Shown: positions 9,622 through 20,228, counted from the stretch's first letter. The stretch is DNA of 64,000 nt from Verrucomicrobiota bacterium (GCA_048497935.1 JBEHYY010000001.1:129977-193976), one strand, 5' to 3'. Made by a program: numbers and translations. Notes: generated from the letters alone by a model not told the origin.

Positions 9622-11871
9622 TCAAGCCGGCGGGCGGTTGGGCCGGTAAGAGTAATAGTCGTAATAGCGGTAGGAGTAGTAATTGGGCTCCCGGTGGTCG
9701 ATGAAGTTGACGACCATGCCGTAAACATTCACCCCGCGGCGGTTCAGGCTCTCCAGCGACGTACGCACCTGGCGCAGGCGGGTGAAGCCAGCGCGGACGA
9801 CAAAGACCACGGCATCCGCCCGGGTGGCAAAGCTGGCGGCATCGTCGGTAAGCAGGATGGGCGGGCTGTCGAAGATGACAAAGTCGTAGCGGGAACGCAG
9901 CGTCTGGATGGACTCGCGGAAACGCTCGCTCATGAGCAGCTCGCCCGGTTGCATCGGGTAATGGCCGCAGGAGATGAAGTCCAGGTTTTCCGAGTTGGTG
10001 TGCTGGATGACATCGTCGAGGGAAAGGCCGTCCTGGATGTGCTCGGCCAGGCCACGATCGTTCTTCACGCCAAAGCGCTTGTGCAGCTGGCCGCGGCGCA
10101 TATCGGCATCCACCAACAGTGTGCGCGAAGTGGCAAAGCCCAGGGTGATGGAAAGATTGGCCGAGAGCGTGGACTTGCCTTCGGACGGCATCGAGCTGGT
10201 GAGCATGATGACCCGCGGGCGCTGGCCCTGGCGGTCCATGTAGAGCAGCGAGGACCGGATGTTGCGGCAGGCTTCGGCAAATTGCTGGCGCTGGTCGTTG
10301 TTTTTGAGCAACTCAACCTGGCCGCTGATGCGCTTTTGCATCGGGATCACACCGAGAATTGGCTGCTCAAAGCGTTGGTTGAGGTCTTCCACGGACATCA
10401 CGCGGCCATCCAATGCGCCCAGCAGGAACACGACCATGAGGCCCGCGGCAAAACCGATAAAGGCGCCTTCGCCAATCTGGCGCGCGGTGTTTTGCGCATC
10501 CTTGCTGGCCGCCGAGGCCGGGTTGTTGATGGTCAGCATCTCCTGGCCAAGCTGGCTGGCTTCGGGCAAGGCCGTCTGCCCGGCAATGGCGCGGGTGTAC
10601 AACTGATTGTTCAACTGGATGGAGTTATCCAGCTTGTCCAATTCATCCTTCATCTTGCCGTATTCGACTAATTTGGCGGAAAGGGACTTTTCCTGTTCGT
10701 GCACGCTGAGCAAATCCTTCTCAATGTTGGCCTTCAGGCCTTCCAGCTTGTCCACCCGCTGGCCGCGCAGAACCTTGAGATCGCCCTGCAAGGTGTTCAA
10801 TTCCGCAAGCTTGCTGATGATTTTGGGATGGCGATCCGCCAGGCCGCCATTTTGCAGCTGGTCGATCAAGGCGCGCAGTTTGACCTCCTGGTCTTTTTTC
10901 TGCTGATAGTCCGGCTCCGCCGGCAGGAGGCCGATCTTGGCAAACTCGCGGTCGATGATTTCCACATTCACACCGTCGGCAATGTACTTGGAGAAATAAT
11001 CCGTGGATTTGAGCGGCACCTCATCACCCGGCGCGGGCACATCCGGCTGATGGGCGGTGATGATATCCTTGTTGAGGGCGGCAGCCAGCGTATTGCCCGG
11101 CGCCGCCGGGGCCGGCACGGGGGCCGGGGCGAGATCCGGGTTCACCTTGCGGGTGCGCAGCTTGGCCAGCTGGGCCTCCAGCTCGAGCTGTGTTTCAATC
11201 AGCGTATGCAGGCTTTTATTGGCTGCGTCCAACTCGCCCGGCAAATCAGCCAGGTTGATTTTATTTACGTATTCGCTACGCTTGGCCATCAACGTCTGGA
11301 TGTCCTTCTCATAGCCGGCCGCGACCACCTTGAGCTGCGTGCCGTACTCGGTCAGGCGTTGCTGGCGCTGCGCTTCCTTCTCGGCGAGAAAATCCTCCAT
11401 CAACGCCTGCAAATAGCGCTGGGTGTAGTCGGGGCTGCTGCCATGGGCCTGCAGGCGCAGGATCAGGGTGCCGGGCAGGTACTCCACGGAAGAATCCACA
11501 CTTTGCGGCGGCGTGCCGGGCGGCATCAGCTTCATGGCATCTGCCCGGGCCTGGTCTTTCAGACGCTGGCTGTTGTTGAGGTTGTGCACCTGCGTGGCAA
11601 AATAGTTCAGCGTGACCTCGTTGACGCTGGCTGCCGAGTTGATGCCGGCGGAAATCTGCATCCCCACCATCATTTCCGCATGGGATGAGTAGGTGGGCGG
11701 GATGTCCCGCGTGCGCCAGACCTGCAACAACCCGCCAGCCGTCATGGTGATGATCATGATCCAGCCGAAGCGCTTGAGGTAGATGCGCGCACGGAACAGA
11801 AACGCATGCAGCGTCTCGGACCATTCGACGTGCTGGCCTCCTTCGCCGGATTCAGTGACAGGGGTGGGCAT
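9622..11871 (-). CDS. wzc: Polysaccharide co-polymerase / BY tyrosine autokinase (Wzc/GumC-like)
   Basis: Two TM segments flanking coiled coil; Walker A PSEGKST, DADMRR, DSPP; C-terminal Tyr cluster YYSYRYYDYYSY. Confidence 0.92.
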   Translation of the reverse strand: MPTPVTESGEGGQHVEWSETLHAFLFRARIYLKRFGWIMIITMTAGGLLQVWRTRDIPPTYSSHAEMMVGMQISAGINSAASVNEVTLNYFATQVHNLNNSQRLKDQARADAMKLMPPGTPPQSVDSSVEYLPGTLILRLQAHGSSPDYTQRYLQALMEDFLAEKEAQRQQRLTEYGTQLKVVAAGYEKDIQTLMAKRSEYVNKINLADLPGELDAANKSLHTLIETQLELEAQLAKLRTRKVNPDLAPAPVPAPAAPGNTLAAALNKDIITAHQPDVPAPGDEVPLKSTDYFSKYIADGVNVEIIDREFAKIGLLPAEPDYQQKKDQEVKLRALIDQLQNGGLADRHPKIISKLAELNTLQGDLKVLRGQRVDKLEGLKANIEKDLLSVHEQEKSLSAKLVEYGKMKDELDKLDNSIQLNNQLYTRAIAGQTALPEASQLGQEMLTINNPASAASKDAQNTARQIGEGAFIGFAAGLMVVFLLGALDGRVMSVEDLNQRFEQPILGVIPMQKRISGQVELLKNNDQRQQFAEACRNIRSSLLYMDRQGQRPRVIMLTSSMPSEGKSTLSANLSITLGFATSRTLLVDADMRRGQLHKRFGVKNDRGLAEHIQDGLSLDDVIQHTNSENLDFISCGHYPMQPGELLMSERFRESIQTLRSRYDFVIFDSPPILLTDDAASFATRADAVVFVVRAGFTRLRQVRTSLESLNRRGVNVYGMVVNFIDHREPNYYSYRYYDYYSYRPNRPPA

Positions 11872-11913
11872 GGGGAAAGGTTGGGTGGGTTGAGGGGGAG
11901 GACGCCGGTTGTT

Positions 11914-13242
11914 TTAGTCAAACGGCGAGATCAGATGCCGCTGGTCCACCAGAATGACATCGCCATTTTGCAGCTCTTTTTCGCCCGCGGTGCCCTTGCC
12001 GTCATAGATGAATTCGCTCATGTTCAGCACCGTGTCCGTTTTTTCGACTTTGCCCGTCTTGGCATCGGTCACATTGCGGAGCAGGTGGGTGCTCTTGAGG
12101 TCGGAAAATTTGTCGTACCCCACTTGGGAGAGGGCTTGGAAAACCGTGTGGTTTTGAGGCGTGATGGGGAGCACGCTCGGGCGGCCGACACCCTTGCCCA
12201 GCACAGTCACCGAGCCGGTGGTATCCGTTTTGGAGGGGACGGAGATGAAATCGCCAGGCTTCACCGGCATATCGGGCGGATGGCCGTTTTTCATCATTTC
12301 CGCGACATTCAGCACAGTGGAATTATCGCCCAGGGCATCAACTGCTTCGGGTTTAGCCGGCGCGGTACCCGGGGCCGGAGTGGAAGCCGTGGGTGCGTTG
12401 CTCTTGCTCACCGGGTGATGGATGATGACGTGCTCGCTATCCGCATCCCCGCGAAAACCCCCGGCATAATCATGGATGACATCCCAGACGGTCAGAATCT
12501 TGTTGGGCGGAATATTGATATAGCCGGGCTTCTGGACGGAGCCGTCGATATACACCTTGCCGCGCGAGCCTTCGCTGCGGTAATACGCCGCCAGGACGAT
12601 GGGGTGCCCCGTTTTGTAGAAACCCAGCGTCGTACTTGAAAGGTGATCCTGAATCTGCTGGGCGGTGTCATGCAGTGTGCTGCCTTCAACTTTCATGGGC
12701 TCATTGGTCCAGGGAACGTTGATCGTGCCATCTTCCGCCACGAGGAGCAGGCTGGGCCGATCTTCGCGATCCTCGACAATTTTCAGGGCAATCAAATCGC
12801 CCGGCACCAGATAGTGCTCATTGTCGATGTTGGCCGGGGTGGCCGGCATCGGCAAAGCCGAGACATCCATACCGGAAGGCACTGCCGAAGGGACGGCCGC
12901 TATGGGCGTGGCCCCAGCGCCGGTGCCCGCCGTGCCATTGGCATTGGGCGTCGTCGCATTGCCTGCTCCGGATTGCGGCTGCAAACCACCGATGGGCGCC
13001 AGGTCGCCACCAGGGTTAGTGCTGGGCAAGCCACCCGTGGTGGAGTTGCCCGTGGTCGCATTGGCCCCCACTTGCGGGACCTTGAGCGCCGGTGGCTTCT
13101 GAAACATTTGCGCCTGGGTCGCCGGGCCGGCGCCGTACAACGAAGCCTCCGAGGCGGGCTCGCCGGGGCGGGGCGGCTGGGCCATCAGCCCACCAAGGGT
13201 GGCCAGCCAAGCGAAGGCGAAAAGGGAAAAGCGGGATTTCAT
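11914..13242 (-). CDS. Polysaccharide export (OPX/Wza-like) protein with SLBB domains
   Basis: Poly_export motif YLVPGDLI..VAEDGTINVP; SLBB repeats; Pro/Thr-rich N-terminus; no C-terminal membrane helix. Confidence 0.85.
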   Translation of the reverse strand: MKSRFSLFAFAWLATLGGLMAQPPRPGEPASEASLYGAGPATQAQMFQKPPALKVPQVGANATTGNSTTGGLPSTNPGGDLAPIGGLQPQSGAGNATTPNANGTAGTGAGATPIAAVPSAVPSGMDVSALPMPATPANIDNEHYLVPGDLIALKIVEDREDRPSLLLVAEDGTINVPWTNEPMKVEGSTLHDTAQQIQDHLSSTTLGFYKTGHPIVLAAYYRSEGSRGKVYIDGSVQKPGYINIPPNKILTVWDVIHDYAGGFRGDADSEHVIIHHPVSKSNAPTASTPAPGTAPAKPEAVDALGDNSTVLNVAEMMKNGHPPDMPVKPGDFISVPSKTDTTGSVTVLGKGVGRPSVLPITPQNHTVFQALSQVGYDKFSDLKSTHLLRNVTDAKTGKVEKTDTVLNMSEFIYDGKGTAGEKELQNGDVILVDQRHLISPFD

Positions 13243-13322
13243 AAGGCCATCCAGCGCGGAAGCCCGCAATGTAGCAGTTGAAAACCGCTTAGGCTACCCC
13301 AAAAAATTATCCCCGGCAGGGG

Positions 13323-14735
13323 CTAGAAATCGTACCGCAGGCCAATGATAAACCGGTTGCGCGTATAATTGCGGGCGCCAAAATTGGAATATTTCTGCGT
13401 AAACTCGTAGCTGGAGTAGAGGGTGAGCTTTTTGCTCACATTATAGTCCAACTGCGGCGAGATGGTGTATTTCTCATAGCGCTCCGGCGTGGTGCCGCCG
13501 GAGTCATGCCCGCGTTCATAATACGCCAGCAGGCTGCCCACCATGTTTTTAAAGAGAAAATCCGTGTGCTCGATTTTATAAGAGATGCGGTCCACCGTGA
13601 TCGCGTTGGACACATAGCCAAAGTTGGACGAGCGGGAGCCCGTGATGGTGTTGCTCACGGTCGAGCTGAGCGGGAAGATGGCGGATAACTCGCCCACATA
13701 CGTGCTGGGCTGGCTCGAGTCGCCATTGGTGCCGTTGGACTTGAAGTTGTAGCCGGTGAAGCCGACGGTGCCCTTGAGCGTCAAACTCTGGCTGACCCAG
13801 GTGACCGTGGGGGCAACATACCAGGACGAGCTGTCGTTTTCCAAATGGACCTTGTAGTAATTGAGCGTGTAGCTGCCATCGAGATTGAAGGTGTAGGCTC
13901 CCCAGGTCTGGCGGGCGCCCGCAGTGGCGGTGTATTGCCAGCGCCGCAGGAAATCGTAGTCCGAATTCTGCGGGAAAACATCGTAGCGATAGACACCGCC
14001 ATAGAAGACGGTTTCCGGCCCGGCCTGGTAGTCGCCCTTGATGCCAATCTGGTTCATGAAGCGGCCGAACGCCTTGATGTCGGTGATGACTTTGCCCGTG
14101 TTGGGGTTGACGGAGAGCGCGTCGCTGGGCTGGACGGAGTAGTTGAAGGAATCGTAAATGGTCAGGCTGACGGATTCGCTCGGCTTAAGCGTGTAGGCCA
14201 GTTGCGAATCGGGCGAAACACTGGCGAAATTGGTGTAGGAACTCAGGTCGGGATGGAATACGTACTGGTCGTAGGAAAGACCCAGTTGCAGGGCGAGGGT
14301 ATTGATCTGGGTGAGCCGGTAGTTGATGCCAACGACAATGCCGGGCCGCAGGATGATGTCGCTGGACTTGTTGCTGTTCGAATAGTTGATGTTGTCGTTG
14401 AACTCGATTTCAAACGAGCCTTTGACGTTGACGGGCACACCATTCTTGCCGCCAATCACGAAGGTGGGCATCGGTCCGCTCTGCCCAAAGGCACTCACAG
14501 GCGGAGGAGGGGGCGCATCCGTCTTGGGCGGAGTCTCCGAACCCGGGGCGGAGGCGGCGGGCGGCTGCGCCGGAGCGGCGGTACCTGCTTCCGTTTGCGA
14601 CCGCGCGACTTTCGGCAGGGCAAGCCCAATTGCAACCACCCACAGGATTGCCACCCAGCGGCCATGCCCCGATTCACCCCAATTTTTGACAGAGAAGCTC
14701 TTGTGTGATGATACCGCTGGCGCGCCTTCCTTCAT
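13323..14735 (-). CDS. Outer-membrane beta-barrel, polysaccharide-export associated (BBP2/EpsX-like)
   Basis: EFNDNINYS motif, alternating beta strands, terminal YTRNRFIIGLRYDF; co-oriented upstream of wza/wzc. Confidence 0.8.
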   Translation of the reverse strand: MKEGAPAVSSHKSFSVKNWGESGHGRWVAILWVVAIGLALPKVARSQTEAGTAAPAQPPAASAPGSETPPKTDAPPPPPVSAFGQSGPMPTFVIGGKNGVPVNVKGSFEIEFNDNINYSNSNKSSDIILRPGIVVGINYRLTQINTLALQLGLSYDQYVFHPDLSSYTNFASVSPDSQLAYTLKPSESVSLTIYDSFNYSVQPSDALSVNPNTGKVITDIKAFGRFMNQIGIKGDYQAGPETVFYGGVYRYDVFPQNSDYDFLRRWQYTATAGARQTWGAYTFNLDGSYTLNYYKVHLENDSSSWYVAPTVTWVSQSLTLKGTVGFTGYNFKSNGTNGDSSQPSTYVGELSAIFPLSSTVSNTITGSRSSNFGYVSNAITVDRISYKIEHTDFLFKNMVGSLLAYYERGHDSGGTTPERYEKYTISPQLDYNVSKKLTLYSSYEFTQKYSNFGARNYTRNRFIIGLRYDF

Positions 14736-15003
14736 GATTTAGAGCAAACCCCCTAGGCACGTTTCGCCCCTGTCTCCATAAGTCTCCTTAGGGAAGCGGT
14801 GGGGAGTTAACGGCTTTTCACACATAGGCATTGTAAAAATGGGTATATCCACCTATATATTGGATGTCAAAAAATTAGGGTTATTACTTTAATCTAGCAA
14901 GATTATCGAAATAAAGGCGCCAATTTTTACATATTTTTTCCATTAGAAGTGCTGCGTTTATGGCCGATAGTCCTTATAGTTATTCCATATTTATCGGATA
15001 ACC

Positions 15004-16596
15004 ATGATGAAACCTAATCCTTTTTTGTTAGCACTTTCCGCCTTAACGATGGGCCTGCCGGCCCATGCCGCCGATTCCACCCTGGCCACCCCGGCGCCCG
15101 CCGCGCCCGCCACTGGCGCCGCCGTGCCCCTCGAGCTGACACCCGAAGCCATTTCCAAAGACAAGCAAACGGTGGACATTAATTTGGCCCGTTGGTTTTT
15201 CGGTTCAACGTTGCTGGTGCCCGGCCCTGATGGCAAGCCGAAGCAAATAGTGTATAAAACCCATGACGAATCGCCGATGTCCGTCTTCCTGGATGATGAT
15301 TTGACCGCGAACTACAAGCTGCCAGCCGGGGAAACACACTTCGTGATTGATATCGGCGCCGTCAAGACCTCCAACCGGTTCGGCTTCTTCAGCTTTAGCG
15401 CGGTGGGGTCGGTGGATCTCTACGCCAGCAGCTCGAGCCAGCCCATCACCACCTTTAATCCGACCGACAAAGAGTGGACGCCCGTCAATGTCCACGGCGA
15501 CTTTTCCAACCGCCATGCGCTGGGGCTGGACTTGAAGGCGCTGGAATGCCGCTACTTGCTGGTTGTCTTCCACACCACGCAACCCGGTGACATCAGCCCC
15601 TTGGCCTTGTACGGCACCACCAGTGTCATCGGCAGCAACAGCCTCGCCCCGGACCAGGCGAACAACGACCCCAGCAAGGCCAAGGCCCCCGTCAAACAAA
15701 ACGACCTGGTGGAATTCGACTTTGCCAACCGGGCCTTTGGCTCAAAGGTGACCCACGTGGCGGGCGGCGATGTGAAGGAAGCGCAAAGCGTGCTCACCAG
15801 CGACCCGGATAGGAAGCTGGCCCTGGGCACGGATTCCACTGGCGCCACCAGCAAGACCAACCCGACCGTGAACCCGACCAAGGTGACCAACGTCTTCGTG
15901 GTGGACATGGGCAAGCAGCGCGACATCAACAAAGTCGGCCTGCTCTTCAACACCAGCGGCCCCGGCAAATTCGAATTCTACTTCCTGAACAACCTGCCCA
16001 CGCAGGGCGGCAATGCCGCCGCCACGGCACTGTGGCGCGCGCGTACGGCCCCGCCGGTGCAGCTGGCCATGGCTTCCGGCTCGCTGGCCGAGGCGCTCAT
16101 CCTCGCGCAAGTTACCAGCGCGCCGGAAACGGGCATCGACCAGATTCAATATCTGCCGGATAACTTCTTCGAAAATAACAAGCCCATCATCACGCAGGAT
16201 GTGAATCCCGACAGCACGCGCGTGGCGCAGACTTTTGATAGTAATCTCAACTTCCGTTACGCGCTGGTGCGCTGGGTGCCCAATACGCCCAACCAACCGC
16301 CCGTGGAAATCCTGCGCATCAACCTCATCGGCAAGGTGCCCATTGATAATTTTAATGCCGCCTCGCGCTCCGCATCAACCGCGGCCAGCCTGCCCAACTC
16401 CGTGCAGGGACCCAACACTCCTCCCACGGTTTCCAATCAGCCAACTGGCGGTGGTGGTAGCCCCGGCGGTGGTGGCGGCGGCGGTGGTGGTGGGGGGGGT
16501 GGCGGTGGTGGCGGTGGCGGTGGTGGTGGTGGCGGTGGTGGTGGTGGCGGTGGTGGTGGCGATCCTCCGCCCACGCCTCCTCCGGTCAGTCCCTAA
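15004..16596 (+). CDS. Secreted protein with two discoidin-like beta-sandwich regions, poly-Gly linker and PPPVSP terminus
   Basis: Signal peptide; two related motifs (FVIDIG / FVVDMG; CRYLLV / FRYALV); Gly tract near C-terminus. Confidence 0.75.
   Translation: MMKPNPFLLALSALTMGLPAHAADSTLATPAPAAPATGAAVPLELTPEAISKDKQTVDINLARWFFGSTLLVPGPDGKPKQIVYKTHDESPMSVFLDDDLTANYKLPAGETHFVIDIGAVKTSNRFGFFSFSAVGSVDLYASSSSQPITTFNPTDKEWTPVNVHGDFSNRHALGLDLKALECRYLLVVFHTTQPGDISPLALYGTTSVIGSNSLAPDQANNDPSKAKAPVKQNDLVEFDFANRAFGSKVTHVAGGDVKEAQSVLTSDPDRKLALGTDSTGATSKTNPTVNPTKVTNVFVVDMGKQRDINKVGLLFNTSGPGKFEFYFLNNLPTQGGNAAATALWRARTAPPVQLAMASGSLAEALILAQVTSAPETGIDQIQYLPDNFFENNKPIITQDVNPDSTRVAQTFDSNLNFRYALVRWVPNTPNQPPVEILRINLIGKVPIDNFNAASRSASTAASLPNSVQGPNTPPTVSNQPTGGGGSPGGGGGGGGGGGGGGGGGGGGGGGGGGGGGGGGDPPPTPPPVSP
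16447..16560 (+). repeat. GGN trinucleotide repeat encoding poly-Gly
   Basis: GGT/GGC run with one AGCCCC interruption. Confidence 0.9.
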
Positions 16597-16615
16597 CCCG
16601 GCTTGACCCAAGACC

Positions 16616-16655
16616 AAAACAAAAGGCGCAGCTTTTGCTGCGCCTTTTGTTTTTT
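16616..16655. terminator. Bidirectional intrinsic terminator
   Basis: AAAACAAAAGGCGCAGC-TTTT-GCTGCGCCTTTTGTTTT between convergent genes. Confidence 0.9.
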
Positions 16656-16677
16656 ACCGTAATGGAGAATCGCCAGT

Positions 16678-17307
16678 TTACTTCTGGGTGTCTTCATACC
16701 ATTCCGCCACCTTGGCCCAATTGACAACACTCCAGAAGGCGGTGATGTAGTCGGGCCGGCGGTTTTGATACTTCAGGTAATAGGCGTGCTCCCAAACGTC
16801 GAGGCCCAGGATGGGGTCGCCATAGACTTCGGCGACGCCCTTCATCAGCGGATTGTCCTGATTGGGCGTGGAAGTGATGGCCAGGGACTTGTCGGCTTTG
16901 ACAATGAGCCAAGCCCAGCCGCTGCCAAAGCGTGTCGTGGCGGCTTTGCCAAAGGCTTCCTTGAAGGCGTCAAAGCTGCCAAAAGCCTTGGTGATGGCGT
17001 CTGCCAGCTTGCCCGTGGGCGCGCCGCCGGCCTTGGGACCGATGGCTTTCCAGAAGAGCGAGTGGTTGGCGTGGCCGCCGCCATTGTTGCGCACTGCTCC
17101 GCGGATGGCCTCGGGCACCTTGGAGAGGTCGCCAATCAATTCATAAATGCACTCCGGGGCGGTGAGGCCGGCATCAGCCAGCGCCTTGTTCACATTGGTG
17201 ATGTAGGCGTTGTGGTGCTTGGTGTGGTGGATTTCCATCGTGCGCGCGTCGATGTGCGGCTCGAGGGCATCGTAGGCGTAAGGCAGGGCGGGCAGGGTGT
17301 ACGGCAT
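16678..17307 (-). CDS. sodA: Superoxide dismutase (Mn/Fe family, Mn-type signature)
   Basis: [31 protein letters not shown]. Confidence 0.93.
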   Translation of the reverse strand: MPYTLPALPYAYDALEPHIDARTMEIHHTKHHNAYITNVNKALADAGLTAPECIYELIGDLSKVPEAIRGAVRNNGGGHANHSLFWKAIGPKAGGAPTGKLADAITKAFGSFDAFKEAFGKAATTRFGSGWAWLIVKADKSLAITSTPNQDNPLMKGVAEVYGDPILGLDVWEHAYYLKYQNRRPDYITAFWSVVNWAKVAEWYEDTQK

Positions 17308-17386
17308 GGTTGTTTCAGGTTAAAGTGAAAACACAGACAGAGTGTTTAACAAAAGCCTCTTTCAGCCCAGCGTCAACCCCGCACCA

Positions 17387-17920
17387 TCACTTATTTTTGG
17401 GTTCATACCACCAACGATAATGCTTTCCGGCCCAGACCGGCCCGGCGTAGTCCACCCCAATGCGTGGGCCGCGCCGGCGGCGGGTCCGGGGGGGCAAGGC
17501 TTGGGGGCCTTCAATCCAGAGGCCGGTCGCCTCGGCGCAAGGCAATCCATCGAAACCCTTGGTGACTTTCAGCGCCTTGGTCAGTCTTCCGGGCCCGACC
17601 GCACCTTCGACGCCGCGCAGCAACACCGCCGACGGATAGCCTTCCGGGCCCGTCACCAGGTTAAGCATCCAGTGGACGCCATAGCACAAATAGACATACC
17701 AATATCCCGGTGGACCGAACATGACCCGGTTGCGCGGCGTGAGCCCCCGCGAGGCGTGCGAAGCGCGGTCGCGCGGGCCGCAATAAGCCTCGGTTTCGAC
17801 AATCCGCACGCGCACCACCCCACCCTGCCCATCCCGCCGGCAAAGCCAGCGGCCCAAAAGCTGCGGCGCCACCACCCGCGCGGGCTTATGCCAAAGGTGC
17901 TCGATCGTCTCCATGGCCAT
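17387..17920 (-). CDS. DNA-3-methyladenine glycosylase (MPG/AAG family)
   Basis: RIVETEAY, YVYLCYGVHWMLN, AVLLR, GPGRL, PRIGV. Confidence 0.92.
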   Translation of the reverse strand: MAMETIEHLWHKPARVVAPQLLGRWLCRRDGQGGVVRVRIVETEAYCGPRDRASHASRGLTPRNRVMFGPPGYWYVYLCYGVHWMLNLVTGPEGYPSAVLLRGVEGAVGPGRLTKALKVTKGFDGLPCAEATGLWIEGPQALPPRTRRRRGPRIGVDYAGPVWAGKHYRWWYEPKNK

Positions 17921-17929
17921 TTCCGATTC

Positions 17930-18385
17930 CTAAAAATCCTTTTGCTTGGTGTCCACCACGAGGGTGACCGGGCCGTCGTTGATGGCGCGGATTTCCATCA
18001 TCGCGCCAAACACGCCGGTGGGCACCGGCTTGGCGAGGGAGGCTTCCAGCGCGCGATGCAAACGGGCAAAGACCTCCTTCGCCTGTTCCGGCGGCGCAGC
18101 ACGGTTGAAGGAAGGCCGGGTGCCTTTTTTCAGGCTGCCATAGAGTGTGAACTGGCTGATGAGCAGGATCTGCCCGCCAGTCTCGGCCAAGGATAAATTC
18201 ATCCGCTCCGATTCGTCCTCAAACACCCGCAACGCCGGCAGTTTGTTGGCCAGCCAGGCAATGTCGTCATCCGTGTCCGCGGCTTCAATGCCCGCAAAGA
18301 CCACCAGGCCGCAGGCAATCGCGCCGACCACCTGGCCCTCGACGGAGACGCTGGCTTCCTTCACTCGCTGGATGACGGCACGCAT
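17930..18385 (-). CDS. dtd: D-aminoacyl-tRNA deacylase
   Basis: MRAVIQRV, SQFTL, RPSF, NDGPVT. Confidence 0.96.
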   Translation of the reverse strand: MRAVIQRVKEASVSVEGQVVGAIACGLVVFAGIEAADTDDDIAWLANKLPALRVFEDESERMNLSLAETGGQILLISQFTLYGSLKKGTRPSFNRAAPPEQAKEVFARLHRALEASLAKPVPTGVFGAMMEIRAINDGPVTLVVDTKQKDF

Positions 18386-18397
18386 AAAAGGGCCAAT

Positions 18398-19288
18398 CTA
18401 TTTGTTCCCGCCGACCAAAACAAGCCCGACCGCGACGAGCAGGAGCAAGGCCCCCGCCAGCCGCCGCGTCATCACTCCCGCACCCGCCGCACGCTCTTGA
18501 TTGCCAAACCAGGATCCCGCCAGCCAGACGAGCAGGATGCTCCATAGCCCGCGGGTGGAATACACCACATTGACGCGCGCGGCCTCGCCGTAGTGCCCCA
18601 GCGTCCACGCCATGCCAGCGGATTGCACGGCAATGACGATGCTGCCCCACAGCGCCCAGGGCCAGGCCTCGCGCGAAATCGCCCGGAGGGGACTGCGAAA
18701 GAAGGGAATGAGGAAGAGCGACTCGACCACGACCGTCGTCATCATCACCGCCACAAAGGCCACCGGATCGCACTCGCGCCCATGCATCTGGAAAACGAGG
18801 TCGCACCGGGCATAGCAGCCCGCCGCAATCACAGCGAGGACGACGGTGCGCGCCAGCCGGGCGCGGTCCTGCCAGCTCGACAGCCCGAGGAGGAACACGG
18901 CGCTCGTGGACAAGGCCGAGGCCAGCCACCAAGGCCAGGGCATGGGCCCCGCGCCGAGCGTCACTGTGAACACGGCCACAAACACCACCTTGACACCAAA
19001 CACCGGAGCGATGACCGACACATCCCCCACCCGCATGGCCATGAACGTCAACACCTGCCCGCAAAAAAACAGCACGCTCGCAAACAAGGGCCACTGCAAC
19101 AGCTCCCAGGAAAGATGCTCCGGCAAAAACCACCAACCAGGCAGGAACAGGATGCCCATGGCCAGATTGCTCAGGAAGGCGATGCGCAGCGGGCCCGCGC
19201 CGCCGTCGAGCGCGCGCTTGAGCATGACACTGCCAAGGGCAAAGCCGAACGACCACAAAAGCGGTTGGATCAGGAAATAGGGCGGCAT
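18398..19288 (-). CDS. DMT/EamA family transporter
   Basis: ~10 TM helices in two repeats; GDVSVIAPV. Confidence 0.8.
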   Translation of the reverse strand: MPPYFLIQPLLWSFGFALGSVMLKRALDGGAGPLRIAFLSNLAMGILFLPGWWFLPEHLSWELLQWPLFASVLFFCGQVLTFMAMRVGDVSVIAPVFGVKVVFVAVFTVTLGAGPMPWPWWLASALSTSAVFLLGLSSWQDRARLARTVVLAVIAAGCYARCDLVFQMHGRECDPVAFVAVMMTTVVVESLFLIPFFRSPLRAISREAWPWALWGSIVIAVQSAGMAWTLGHYGEAARVNVVYSTRGLWSILLVWLAGSWFGNQERAAGAGVMTRRLAGALLLLVAVGLVLVGGNK

Positions 19289-19301
19289 CGGGGGCGAAGG
19301 C

Positions 19302-20228
19302 TCACGCGCTCAATTCATGGCGCAAGGCGGCTTCCAGCGCAGCCTGCCGCCAGGTGAAACCCGCCTCCTGCAACCGGCGCGGCTGCACGGCAAGGTCCGC
19401 CAGCATCGTCTCCTCCGCCATTTCGCCAAACATCATCTTGAGCATGAAGGCCGGGACCGGCGGCTTCACCGATTTGTTGATCACCTTCCCAATCATCTCT
19501 GTCATTTCACGGTTCGTGCAGGCATGGGGCGCGACGAGATTGACGGGGCCGCGCAACCGCGCGTCATGGATGAGCAAGAGCAACGCCTCCACCACATCGG
19601 CATAGCTGATCCAGCTCACGCGCTGCGTGCCGGAGCCCACCGGGCCGGCCATGCCCATGTTAAATACCTTGAGCATTTGCTCCAGCGCCCCACCCTCGCG
19701 CGCAAGCACCACGCCCAGCCGGGCGGCAACAGTGCGCACCCCCGCTGAAACTGCCGGCGTGGCCGCGGCTTCCCAGGCACAGCATAAATCCGCCAAAAAT
19801 CCCCGGCCTGGCGCCGCCGTCTCATCCACCAACTCCTTGCGCTGGTAGCCGTAATAACCGATGGCCGAGGCACAGACAAAAACATGCGGGCGGGAAGACT
19901 CTGGCAACGCGGCGATGCGTTCAGCGAGCAATTTGGTTGAGAACACCCGACTGTCGTGAATGGCCTTTTTTGCGGTGGCGCTCCAGCGCTGGCCCACTGT
20001 TTCACCCGCGAGATGCACCACGGCGGTGACGTTCTCGAATACTTGCGCGGGGAGCTCGCCGGACGCCGGGTTCCATGTCATGGCGTTGGGCCGGGGCTTG
20101 TGCGCAAGCTCCCGCACCTCGCCGCCGAGCATACGCCAGCGCAGGGCCAAGGCGCGGCCCACCAGGCCCGAAGCGCCCGTGAGCAACAAGCGGCCGGGAT
20201 GTGAAGGTGTGGAAATTTCGGCAGACAT
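19302..20228 (-). CDS. TIGR01777/YfcH-family NAD-dependent epimerase
   Basis: TGASGLVG, HLAGE, SAIGYYG, RLGVVL, GPVNLVAP. Confidence 0.9.
   Translation of the reverse strand: MSAEISTPSHPGRLLLTGASGLVGRALALRWRMLGGEVRELAHKPRPNAMTWNPASGELPAQVFENVTAVVHLAGETVGQRWSATAKKAIHDSRVFSTKLLAERIAALPESSRPHVFVCASAIGYYGYQRKELVDETAAPGRGFLADLCCAWEAAATPAVSAGVRTVAARLGVVLAREGGALEQMLKVFNMGMAGPVGSGTQRVSWISYADVVEALLLLIHDARLRGPVNLVAPHACTNREMTEMIGKVINKSVKPPVPAFMLKMMFGEMAEETMLADLAVQPRRLQEAGFTWRQAALEAALRHELSA

Noticed and set aside
9694-14708. Series of 200-330 aa plus-strand ORFs
   Set aside because: Antisense to well-supported wzc, wza and barrel genes
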